DNA of 64,000 nt from contig CATNEN010000038.1 of the NCBI GenBank assembly GCA_950097015.1, forward strand, positions 6,200,001 through 6,264,000. Direction: 5' to 3'. Source of the stretch: Macrostomum hystrix (taxonomy: Eukaryota; Animalia; Platyhelminthes). Numbering within the stretch: the first letter of the stretch is position 1; every line of letters starts with the position of its first letter. A model generated the notes under the pieces. The model saw nothing but the letters and a program-made list of their open reading frames with translations. It did no database searches and was not told the DNA's origin. Positions 52,357 through 63,071 of the stretch are shown here, one piece after another. Both the position numbers and the translations under genes were made by a program.

Positions 52357-53284
52357 CATACATGTGCAACCTCCCAAATCTTAGCCGGCCGTGCGACTTA
52401 GTTTTTGCTCTATTTACGACTTAGTTTGCTCTCATTTGCTCTCTTTTTCTCTCCCCTTTTTCCTCTTCTTCATGCCTTCCTTATTTGTCCCTTGGTCCCC
52501 CCTCTGATTTTTTTGCACTTGGTCAATTGGTTTTTGCAACTTACCTAGCTTGGCCCTCATTTCACCCAGCTGGTTCAGCCGGGTGTTGGGCATGTATGGA
52601 ATCCAATGGTTGGGTCCAGCTTTTTCTTTTTGGGGGCAAAACATTTGGGTAGGGGGTGCCACAACCAAAAAATAGCTAGGGCCTAATAGGGTACCATGGG
52701 ATGCCATTGCGCCTTAAGGTGCCATTTTAGAAATGTCAAAATGGGGCTGTTTGATAGACAAAGGGTGCAATTTGGTAGCACTAATTAGGAGGTTAAAAAA
52801 ATTTAAGGGCTATGTAAAGCCCAAAATACCAATTTGTATGATTTTAATAAGCTTTGTTAAAAATGCTTATTTTTTTATTAAAGATTAACCTCATTTTCAA
52901 ATAAATATAGAATTTTTATATTTTTTTTAAAGGGGCTTAAAATGATATCAACTTCGCTATAGACAATGGCAGTATGGCTATATAGTTTAGCTATAGTTAA
53001 AGTATTGATTATGTCCTTAATTTTTAACAGCTAGAAAAAACAATTAGCAAGAAGGATTATTATTTGGATTGGCAACTAACAATGAAACAAAGCTATATCA
53101 ATTATATGTATAGCACATGCTTAGGCCTGTCTATTTGGCAAGCAAATTAAATTGTCTTGCTATGTGGGAAATGGCATTGAGAGAGGATTCCAATTCTAAT
53201 TCTCCTGTGTTTTTTCACTCTCTTATCTAATCGAAATGCAAGGTGACTTTAAAGTACATGGACTAGCCCATTAGTCAAGGGCAA

Positions 53285-53842
53285 ATGCCTTGCAAGCCCC
53301 TGTCTGCAGCAGCTATTACCCCAACCTGCCTCCAGCACAGTCAGCACCGCGAGCATCTCCGCCAGATCAGCGGGCTGGCCTGCCTGCTCTCCCCGCTGAT
53401 TGGCCGCCAGCTCTGCATCGACCTGCTAGGCGGCGGCCAAGTTGAAGGCCGCCTCGAGGACTTCGACTCCTCGCTTGGCGTCCTGCTGAGCGATGCGGTG
53501 GCCCAGCCGGCAGTCCCTGGCGCCGCCTCAGCTCCGCCACAGCCGCTGGGCTTGGCCAACATTCGCGGCGGTCGCATTCGGCTCATCCGTTTGCCAGCTG
53601 GTTTTGACGCCAAAGAAGAGCTTCAACGCGCCGCCGCGAACGCCGCTGCCACCTGCGGTACGTCTGGCAGCTCTGGTAGGCGACGCGAAGCCAAGCCGGA
53701 CATTGACCAGATGCTCGCCTGCTCGGACATTGATCAGCTGACTGTCATGGCAGCTGACAATCGCCTGCTGAGTCGCATGACTTTCGGCCAGCGTGAGACT
53801 TTGCGTCGAAAACGGCGCATTTTAGAGAACGGAGAATTCTAG
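53285..53842 (+). CDS. LSM10: Sm/Lsm-fold protein, most like U7 snRNP Lsm10, intronless
   Basis: GLACLLSPLIGRQLCIDL..GQVEGRLEDFDSSLGVLLSDA..NIRGGRIRLIRLP..D..EEL gives Sm1/Sm2 spacing with the Lsm10-type N-terminal helix. Recognised by eye; divergent. Confidence 0.6.
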   Translation: MPCKPLSAAAITPTCLQHSQHREHLRQISGLACLLSPLIGRQLCIDLLGGGQVEGRLEDFDSSLGVLLSDAVAQPAVPGAASAPPQPLGLANIRGGRIRLIRLPAGFDAKEELQRAAANAAATCGTSGSSGRRREAKPDIDQMLACSDIDQLTVMAADNRLLSRMTFGQRETLRRKRRILENGEF

Positions 53843-53959
53843 AATAAGCTGCACTCGGACTAGGAATTCGAAACTTTTCAAGCATTTAAAAATTAAGATC
53901 ATCGTTCTTTTTCGGCCTGCTGTTAACATTGAGTCTAATTCATTTTAGCCCGTTTCTGG

Positions 53960-54583
53960 AAATTCCCTAATCCTAATCTCTGATTAGGGAATCCTAATCT
54001 CTGATTTGGGAATCCTGATCTCTGATTAGGGAATCCTAATCTCTGATTAGGGAATCCTGATCTCTGTTTAGGGAATCCTAGTCTCTGATTAGGGAATCCT
54101 GATCTCTGATTAGGGAATCCTAGTCTCTGATTAGGGAATCCTAGTCTCTGATTAGGGAATCCTAGTCTCTGATTAGGGAATCCTGATCTCTGATTAGGGA
54201 ATCCTAGTCTCTGATTAGGGAATCCTGATCTCTGATTAGGGAATCCTAGTCTCTGATTAGGGAATCCTAGTCTCTGATTAGGGAATCCTGATCTCTGATT
54301 AGGGAATCCTAATCTCTGATTAGGGAATCCTAGTCTCTGATTAGGGAATCCTGATCTCTGATTAGGGAATCCTAATCTCTGATTAGGGAATCCTGATCTC
54401 TGATTAGGGAATCCTGATCTCTGATTAGGGAATCCTAATCTCTGTTTAGGAAATCCTGATCTCTGATTAGGGAATCCTGATCTCTGTTTAGGGAATCCTG
54501 ATCTCTGATTAGGGAATCCTAATCTCTGATTTGGGAATCCTGATCTCTGATTAGGGAATCCTGATCTCTGATTAGGGAATCCC
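53960..54583. repeat. 21-bp minisatellite (gggaatcctgatctctgatta)
   Basis: About 29 units. Confidence 0.97.
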
Positions 54584-55085
54584 AAACATTATATAGTAAA
54601 GAAAGAAAACTCACAACATTTCTCAGTGATTCAGTTTATTTTGATATTTTCTGTTGACTGTTGACCTTAATAAACACAATCGAGAAGATAAACACAAAAC
54701 ATTTCACTTGCTGATTTTTGAAAATTATCATATATTCTCCTATATTTAATGTTTTCTAGCGCTAACTGGCTCTCTCTTCAGGGCGACAAAAAGTTATAGA
54801 TCAAACATCGGCGCGAGTTTAATTTATGTACCTACACAATGTAGTTAGGGCTACCCGGTGTTCATCTCCCTACAGAATTCACTGGACCCAAGATCGTAAA
54901 ATATATTCAAATATACGAAGTGCAACTGCGGCAAAGTCATCTTTTCGGTGGCCGAGGGACACAAAAGATTGCGTCGAAAGAAATAATCAAATGCCAAGCT
55001 TATTTTATTCTAGCATTTGATATATGATTTCTGCATCTAGTCACTGTATCTAGTCTATAAAGGGTTGTAGCAGGTAGGTTGTAGC

Positions 55086-55392
55086 AGAGGTTGTAGCCTA
55101 GTGGTTAGGGCGTCGGACTCACGACTTGAAGGTCGGGGGTTCGATTCCCGACTCCACTGGAACAATTTGCGTCCTTTAGCAAGACACTTAACTCTGCATT
55201 GCTTCAGTTCACCCAGCTGTTAAATGGGTACCAGCATCAGCTGGGATAATTGAAGGTGGGTGTGGCGTCCCCCCAGTCCATGGACTGAACAGCTGTACGC
55301 AGCCTTCAGATGCGCCGCGCATTAGCTGCGGCTGTGCTGTCGGCTGCACATCTGACCCAATTGGGGCAGGTGTAATCAATTATTAATTATTA
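55086..55392 (+). mobile_element. Full-length tRNA-derived CORE-like SINE (family B)
   Basis: A box tagcctagtgg, B box ggttcgattccc, CORE-like cctttagcaagacacttaac..cttcagttcacccagctgttaaatggg, and an AT-rich tail. tagcaggtagg is repeated on both flanks as a likely TSD. Confidence 0.85.
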
Positions 55393-55399
55393 GCAGGTA

Positions 55400-55495
55400 G
55401 GCTATCAACAGTTCACCGAAGGACTTGTAGGTGGCTATCAACAGTTCACCGAAGGACTTGTAGGTGGCTATCAACAGTTCACCGAAGGACTTGTA
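55400..55495. repeat. 33-bp tandem repeat x3
   Basis: ggctatcaacagttcaccgaaggacttgtaggt. Confidence 0.9.
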
Positions 55496-55578
55496 CTTAC
55501 CGTGCGTTGTTGGCTGGCCTTATGGGCGTAAATTGCACGACAAGTCCCCAAGTCGCGGATTCGAGCTCGGGGACTTCG
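55496..55578 (-). mobile_element. SINE family A fragment
   Basis: Minus strand reads gtccccgagctcgaatccg..ttgggga.cttgtcgtgcaatttacgccc, matching 13002-13095. Confidence 0.6.
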
Positions 55579-56481
55579 AAAAAATCTCTCAACTGTAATT
55601 TGGCAGATACGGAAGATCTCTTTATATACTTTAGTCTAGAGTAGCCCTAGTTTGGAATTAATTGAAAATCAATTTGTATTCTGGACATCAATCCACAAAG
55701 TCTAGCTCGTATGCATCCAGCTTATTCATTGAATGCGATAAACCTTTTGACACACTTTCACACTTACCTATTATGGCCCTTTTTAATTGCGTGATCAATT
55801 TTCTCCGCACAAAGCCTGCTCAAGTGGCTGATTGACAATATAACGCATGGGCACACTGCGTTGATGAAGAGAAAGCGAAAGTGGCACAATGGCCCCCTGT
55901 ATGGGGCTGGCACCTGATTGCGTGCTGCCGGACTTGGCGGAACTGCCGTTTTCAGGAAGATGGCCTGAAAATGGATGTCAATTCACGAGAAAGTAAGATT
56001 GCTGGCTCTAAATTATTTTCCCCTTCTCGTGACGCGATAGGATAAGTCCTAATAGGATAGGACAACTCACACCCATGGGAGGGCAACCAAACAAGGCACA
56101 GTAAAAATTTAAATGATACATTTTCGTGGAAAAGCGCAGTTTATCTTTTCTTGACGATGACCTACTTTCATCATCAGGCAGTGTGAAGTCTAAACTACGC
56201 GACAAGCTCAGGCTCTCCCTCTGTGATTCGAACTCGGGTCCTTCAGTTCACCAATGAGATGCTTTGGCGGTGTGAGTCTTGAGTCTTCTATATCTAGAAT
56301 ACTATATGGCATAAGAAATCAGTCGTTGACCCTGTGACCCGTGTCCCTTCGCTACCATTGGTTGAGCAAAACTTGCACAGGAGAGTATATTTTCTGAAGC
56401 CCGCTTATTCTGAAATGGAGCGAAAATAACTTTCCAACCTTGGCCTACTCTAATTTAAGCAGCGCAATAGCCCGAATCATC

Positions 56482-57590
56482 ATGTCTCAGGTGGACATTG
56501 ACGCGGTAGTTAATCAGGCTCAGCAGCAGCGAGTCAGTTCCGTCGACGAGCGCAAACACGCCTGTGGGCACTGCGGCAAGCAGTTCGCCCTCATGAACGT
56601 GCTGCGCGTGCACGAACGGATTCATACTGGAGAGCGGCCCTACGTTTGTGGGGCCTGCGGCAAGGCCTTCAATCAGTCTGGTGATTTGCGACGCACCTGT
56701 CCTACTTGGGGACACCTTTCCTACCTTGAGCGACGGCGGTCGGGGGTGGCAGATCTTTGCTAATTGCTTAGTTAAGAACCGAATGCCGCAAAAAAAGCAT
56801 GTCGAACAAACAAGTGATTAGAGTATCACTGGGATTTTGTAGATTTCGAAAGCCTGTGTTACTCAATCGATGAGATCTTAAAGTTTGTCTTACCTCTTGC
56901 TTCTTTAGGCTCGCTAAATCGGCACAAGCAGACTCACGCCAAGCGTTGGCAACTGACTAGCAGTCTTGCATCTTCTTCTCGGCCAGTGCCGCGGGCCTCT
57001 TTAAGGCGCACTACAGTGAAGGCACCGAAGCTGAGGAGTCTTGTCGCCATGGGGCCAGCGACACTAAAGCTGCGACACTCCGGTTAGACATAATTTAGAG
57101 CTAGCTCAAAGAGCGCTTAACCTGCTTAAATTTAAGTCACATCAATGTTTCCGCGCTTTCTTCTAAAAATTCCGCGCTTTCTTCAGCTGCTGCTGAAGCG
57201 ACTCCGCCGTTTTCGCTGCCACCACCGCTGCCGCTCCCACACGCCCTCCTGCCCCCGCTGAGCCTGCCGCGGCTGCAACCACTGCTGCCACCGCCACCGC
57301 CACCGCTGCCGCTGCTGCAGCATTATGAGCCAACTCAAGTTCAGCAGCAGCGCTTGATACTGCTCCAAGCTGCAGTTACTGCCAATCTGGTGATGACGCA
57401 GTACCAACTGAAGCAGCAGCAGCACCAGCATTCGACACAATTCTCTGCTACTGACGACGAGGCTGCTGCCATCATTGAACGCCTGGTGTCCTCTGGTAGA
57501 CTCTGCCGCTGCGCCCAATGTCCAGCTCTGCTACCTGGTCAGATACCACTGCAACTGCACCTGCTGGCTGCTCACCAGCTCGCAGACTGA
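56482..57590 (+). CDS. C2H2 zinc-finger transcription factor; exons 56482-56680, 56909-57082, 57187-57590
   Basis: [34 protein letters not shown]|SLNRHKQTH (second finger completed by splicing), Pro/Gln-rich region, C-terminal CAQC-x12-H-x4-H finger. Confidence 0.88.
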
Positions 57591-58079
57591 ATGACAGAAT
57601 TCCTTTTTACTTGCGCAATTTTAATTTTTTCATGTTTTCTTTCAGCTGCTGAATTTCCGTAGATTTAGTTTGCCGACTCTAAAGCAAGCGTTTTAAGAGC
57701 GAAAATATACATAATCCTCTGCGATCTGTGGTCAGACCATAGGGAATGCGTATTTGCATGCGTATTTGCATGCTACATCATTGGGTATTTTTCCCTTTCC
57801 TGTCCATTTAGTAAATCGGCTTTCTTCAGGAAATCAGCTGTTCCCTCTCACCTGCCCTTCAGGAAAATTTGTTTAAATGTGGAGCTAGTTTTTTACTGCC
57901 TGCTATCAGTAGTACGCGCGCGTACTTGTAAAAAATTTTCGAGTAGTTTTTTTTCTAGCAGTTGGACGCTTATTTTAAACGACTCAGATTAGTATGTAAA
58001 AAATTATTCTTCGCTTTTTTATAAGTACTACAGCACTTGAGGGCCATGTCTTGTTAAGCCTAGTACAAAAAAGCAACTA

Positions 58080-58376
58080 ATTTTCAACAATTGGTTTGAT
58101 TGTTGTCCCAATCGGGTCTGGTGTGCACCCGACTGACTACACAGCGGCATCTGAAAGCTGCGCACGACTGTTCAGTGCACGGCCTCGGGGTGACGCCACA
58201 ACCCCTAATTACCGCAGCTAATGCTGGTAACTCGTTTGTCAGCTGGGTGAACTGAAACAATGCAGAGTTCATTGGGTTCTTCTAAAGAAAAAATGGATAC
58301 AGTGGAGTCGGGAATCGAACTCACGACCTTTAAGTGGTGGGTCCGGCGTTTTTTCCCACTAGGCTACAAATCCTCT
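58080..58376 (-). mobile_element. CORE-like SINE family B copy
   Basis: Reverse complement matches 55086-55380 (tgtagcctagtgg..ttcgattcccgactccactg..aactctgcattg.ttcagttcacccagctg). Confidence 0.8.
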
Positions 58377-58757
58377 TTCAACCATACTAGATACATGCAA
58401 CAGCGTGAGTGAAATGTACGACTATAATATTTCCCATTTATTTCGGCTCCCTATGGTGGAAGGCTCGAGGCGCAAATTTATTGACTGAGGCGAAGCCGAG
58501 TGCCTTTCCACCCTAGACAGCAGAAAGAAATGGGAAATATGGTATGTATTCCCACTTACCCGCCAACTTTGATTGCACTTTTATGCTCTGTGTATAAACT
58601 CTGACTCTCTTTCTCTCTCGGACTCTGTCCATAGTCTATGGTAAAAAGCAGACCTGTTTGAAGAAGAAGCGTCTGTGGTAAAAAGTGTGAACGAGGCGTA
58701 TAAGGCTGGAAAGGCTGTCTAGGCTGAAAATATAATTTGATACTTGCTGAGCTATGA

Positions 58758-58800
58758 CCACAGATACTAAATGGATGTACTGGGTATTTAGTATCTGTGG
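58758..58800. mobile_element. 43-bp mini inverted-repeat element with a 6-bp TSD
   Basis: ctatga[ccacagatactaaat..atttagtatctgtgg]ctatga; perfect 15-bp TIR. Confidence 0.8.
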
Positions 58801-59837
58801 CTATGACTAGCTCTCGATCTTAACTGAGGCTGAGGCTGAGGCATTGATTTCCGGCACGGTACCTCCGAACACCATTAAGAAGTGCGAGTTGATGTTGTCT
58901 ATTTTCAAGGACTGGCACGCATTCAGTCTCTCCGTCTTCACTGTTTCCGAGTCCGAGACGGAGAGGTTACTGTCGAAGCCTGCCAACCGCCGGCTTCTAT
59001 GCGCATGGTGATCGAGGCCAACGGCGAGAACAACATTGTGGGGAATACTTTCACCCAAGTGATCGTCGCGACGACGCACGCTTTTGCAATGACTATATCA
59101 TTCTTGACAATAATAGTTCTAGTTAAGTTTCAATGCAGTTCATTTTGTTCCCATTCTTTTTACTTCCCCCAGACGTCTGTGAGTTGTCTATGGTAAACGT
59201 TCTGTTTATCCGTCCCGGGCAAATAAATGTATAATATTCCCCATTTATTTTGTTGTCTAGCGGGCAAAAGCAAGAGGTGTCTCGCTTATTAACCGAGGCG
59301 AAGCCGAGGTCAATGAGTGAGATACCGAGTGCTTTTGGCCGCTAGACAACTAAATGAGTGGGGAATATTATTTGTATCCCTAACTTGAAACGGGCAAACG
59401 GACGAGGTCAGAAAAGTGATTGATTGTTGATTCGTTCGCTCGTTTAATTCTGTTTGTCTATGGTTGTGTTATAGTTCTGTGTTATACTTAATTTATTTGC
59501 ATCGATGCAAAGTGAAATAAATGTATAATCTTTCCCACTTATTTCGGCTGCCAGGGTGTAAAGGCTCGAGGCGCAAATTTATTGACCGAGGCGAAGCCGA
59601 GGTCAATGAAATTCGCGCCGAGTGCCTTTGCACCCTAGACAGCCGAAATAAGTGGGAGAGATGGTATGTATCCCCCACTTGGCTGCCGACTTTCATTGCA
59701 CTTTAAGTCTTCTGTTTCTTGCTACGCTCTGTCTGTAGTCTATGGTGAAAATCAAAATCCGAGAGGAGGGTAGACGCTAAAAAAGACAGCCTTTATACGA
59801 AAAAGACAGAACAGGACAGAATAGCAGACGCTTGTAT

Positions 59838-60335
59838 ATGTCTAGCCCTCGATTTGAAAGCTTGACTGAGGCCGAGGCGGAGGCCATGATTGGCGGCACG
59901 GTCCCTCCGAACACCGTAAAGAAATGCGAGTGGATGCTGTCTACTTTCAATGAATGGCACGCGTTTAAGAAGCAAGAATGGGCGACGAATGGTGGACCAT
60001 CCATCATGGTTATCAAGGACATGGATGAGTTTGACAAGACGGACCTGAACTTTCTCCTGAAGTTGTTTATCCTGGAGGTCCGGACAAAACGGAACGAACG
60101 GTACTCGGCTGGTACCCTGAAGGACTTCTTCTCAATGCTACAATACCAAATGCGCAACGTGCATCGCAAGGACTGGTGCCTCTGGACGAATGTCGAGTTT
60201 GCCGAGTGCAGAAGAGCGTTGGACGCTGCTATGAAGCTATCAACTGCTGAGGGCAAGGGCGTCGGGCTCAAGAAGTCTGACCCGGTGTCAAAGCCCATCG
60301 AAGATGACTGCTGGACGGAGGGTGTGTTTGGTTCC
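59838..60335 (+). pseudogene. Truncated Crypton-type tyrosine recombinase (N-terminal DUF3504-associated region)
   Basis: SPRFESLTEAE..VPPNTVKKCEW..TFNEW..LNFLLKLFILEVRTKRNERYSAGTL..LQYQM..EF..CRRALDAAMK..G.G..KKSDPVS..ED..W..GVFG. The catalytic half is deleted; a paralogous fragment lies at 58803-58925. Confidence 0.75.
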
Positions 60336-60613
60336 GAGCGTTCTCGTTTTGCACTTTCTTTGTTTATTTCCCCAGACGGGTGTGACTTATGTCTGTGGTA
60401 AAAGTTCTGTTTCGCGCGGGGGCGCGGGAAATAAATGATTTATTGCCCTAGGGCAAATAAACGAAACGCGTTACGACATAGACAATGTTGGCGGGCAAGT
60501 GGGGGATACATAACTTATTGCACTAGTGCAAATAAATTAAAGGCTTAAAAACATAGACAACTGCCCGGGGCAAGTGGGGGATACGTATATAATCTCTCCC
60601 GTTTATTCATTTA

Positions 60614-62512
60614 CTAGCTTTTTTTGCCCGTTGTTTTTGGGGCAGAAATTTAAAGCAAAGCAGTAAGCAATTCACGTCTCTGTATTAACTTTATAGTGAA
60701 GGTCACCATTTATTTATTTACTGCATTAATGAAAAGTGAAGAGTTTGTTTAAGGGCGTTTTAAGTAAAAAATAAGTGAAAAGTTTGTCCAAACAGCCCCC
60801 TCCTGATTACTTCTTTAGAAACATGTCTCTTAGCCACTCCTCTATACAGTCAGTGGCAGATCCAGGAATTTTGTTTTGGGGCGGTCTGTCAGGGGAGCGC
60901 CATGAGAATCACAGACGGGGTGCCAGCGGCCGAAAAAGGGCGCCAGGAGCCAAGAAAGGGCGCCAGCGGCTGAAAAACGGGAGCCAGCGGCTGAAAAAGG
61001 GGCGCCAGCGGCCGAAAAGGGGCGCCAGTGCTGCGACTGGCGCCCCTGGTGGGGGCATCTTATTCCCATGATTAAAATTTGGGGGGGGGCGACTGCCCCC
61101 CGCCCCCCCCCCTAAATCTGCCTCTGTATACAGTATGCATGTACACGCGTATACATAAGGAAAATAGCCATGGCATAACAATAACAATGTCAAAGAAACA
61201 AAATTAAACTGTTTCAGAGTTCAGAGTTAGACAGGTCAAGGTCAATTCGTGACTACTTTTCTATTAATTGCTTGCGAGTCACCTCAAGGCCTGGGGATAC
61301 ACCACATTCTTCGTTCTTCCCCTTGGTGCGAAAATGAATAGGCCAGCTGGAGTTCCAACACGGGAGCAGGCGACATAAAGCTGCCCATGCGAGAAGCAAG
61401 GAGTCTCCAGGTTGATGCCAGCCACCTTCAGCGACTGTCCCTGAGCCTTGTTAATAGTCATCGCAAAGCACACTCTCACAGGGAACTGCAGTCGCTTGAA
61501 CTGAAATGGCAGGTCCGTGGGGATAATTGGAATCCGGGGAACGAACACAGACTCTCCTCTGCCAGATCCAGTCATTATCGTGGCCTCAATCACGTGTGGG
61601 AAGAGCCGCCTGACTATCAGTCTGGTGCCGTTACACAGCCTTGGCGCATTCAGGTTGCGGAGGAGCATAATTGGTGCCCCAACTTTCAGCTGCAAGTTGT
61701 GCGATGGAGTTCCAGGAGGATCTAGAGAGTTCAGAAACTCAACAGGATACTCCACAGCGGTGTCATCAGTCAACGTTGTAGGTGAAAACTGCACCTGCAG
61801 GCAACTCCTGAAGCAGTTGGTAGTTAATTTCGTTGGCGGCATCATTTCTAGGACACAGAATTGCCCTCTCTGACAGCCAGTCAACGCCAGCCTCTCTCTT
61901 TCTTGGAGAGAAATATCGACCGGAGAGCCCTGCGCACTGGGACGCCACCGCACTCACCGCACTCAGTCTCAGTGCTGTTGCTTGGGGGCCATTAGACAGT
62001 CTAGGGGTTTGGGCTGTGTACATTCACGGCTTGAAATACAATGTACAGTCTGGGGCTTCGGCGCCCGGGGAAGGGAGGGGGTGGCTGTAATAAAATTTGG
62101 CCCGCAGAGTGGCGGAGGGGAGTTGGGGTGGCTGTCCTCGGAAAACAAAAAGTGACTCACTTTGAGATGATGCAGCTTTGCTCTGGATTGAGTAGAGATG
62201 TTCAAAATTGACAGCATTGTTGGAAAACATGTAAAGTGTAAGTGGATCAAATTTGGAGAAAATCTGACAAAGTGGGGCGACGATATGTCGAATTGAGTGA
62301 TTTTTTGACGATTTTTGAGCAGTTTTTTGCACTTTTGAGCAGGAAGGAAATGATTTTTCGGGAATTTGAGTAGCCTATTGCACTCAGCGTAGGTGGTTTT
62401 AGGTATGTGCAAAGTTTGGTGCGATTTGGTTGAGCGGTTTCGGCGTCTATAAAGACAAAAGGTTGCACACACACACACACACACACAGAGTTTTCACTTT
62501 TATATATATAGA
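60614..62512 (-). mobile_element. Non-autonomous Helitron with intact termini and a PIF1 helicase C-terminal fragment
   Basis: Minus strand runs 5' TCTATATATATAAAA ... gccc-caaaaacaac-gggc hairpin ... CTAG 3', inserted between A and T with no TSD. ORF 61279-61953 carries [55 protein letters not shown]. Confidence 0.92.
60851..61126. mobile_element. hAT-type MITE nested in the Helitron
   Basis: TIRs cagtggcagatccagg / cctaaatctgcctctg; 8-bp TSD tatacagt on both sides. Confidence 0.85.
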
Positions 62513-63071
62513 TCTGTGGCCGTCAGAGCGACTGAGAACTTGTATCTCGGCCGAGGCGTAGCCGAGGCCAGAGAAACGAGTTTGAAGTCGTTCTGGCCAT
62601 ATACAAATTAATAAACGGGAGAGATAGTATTTTTCCCCAATTTGGCTCGGTCTTGTGGAAAAAAAGAACTATAGCTCAACAGTCTATGGTTCTGATGAGA
62701 CAAATTCCGGGACAAATAAATATTTCTTCGTCCCGGACAAATAAATGCTTCAACACTAGACCATAGACATATTTGACCGGGACAAGTGGGGGATCAATCA
62801 AGTGATTTCATTGCTCACTTCATTATTTATGCACAACTCATTCCCAAGCCAGATTTCGCCTGCGACTGCCAAAAGTCGTATTCAGTTGTATTTATTACAG
62901 CTAAGCACTGTATGACAGACAGACAAACTACAACTACCGTGGCCATATTGAATAATAAGAAGTAAAAAATATGTTATAACAAAATATGTTTTCAATCACG
63001 GTTATAGTGTTGAGTGCTTGCGCTTGGTCGTGCCACTTCGATGAATAAAATAAATATTCCACCTATTAAAA

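Larger units (their letters stand above)
58423..62794 (+). mobile_element. Nested cluster of four Crypton-like non-autonomous units (A 58423-59229; B 59230-59523 + 60511-60585; C 59524-60510; D 60588-62794, split by a Helitron)
   Basis: Each unit starts with TATAAT plus a long palindrome and carries gtctatgg and aaataaat. B, C and D end in catagaca..caagtggggga. C and A encode a Crypton-type YR N-terminus. Confidence 0.75.

Noticed and set aside
55087-55157. Functional tRNA gene
   Set aside because: Acceptor and anticodon stems pair poorly and the sequence continues into a SINE body present in three copies.
61279-61953. Host PIF1 helicase gene
   Set aside because: Only a C-terminal fragment, and enclosed by Helitron termini.
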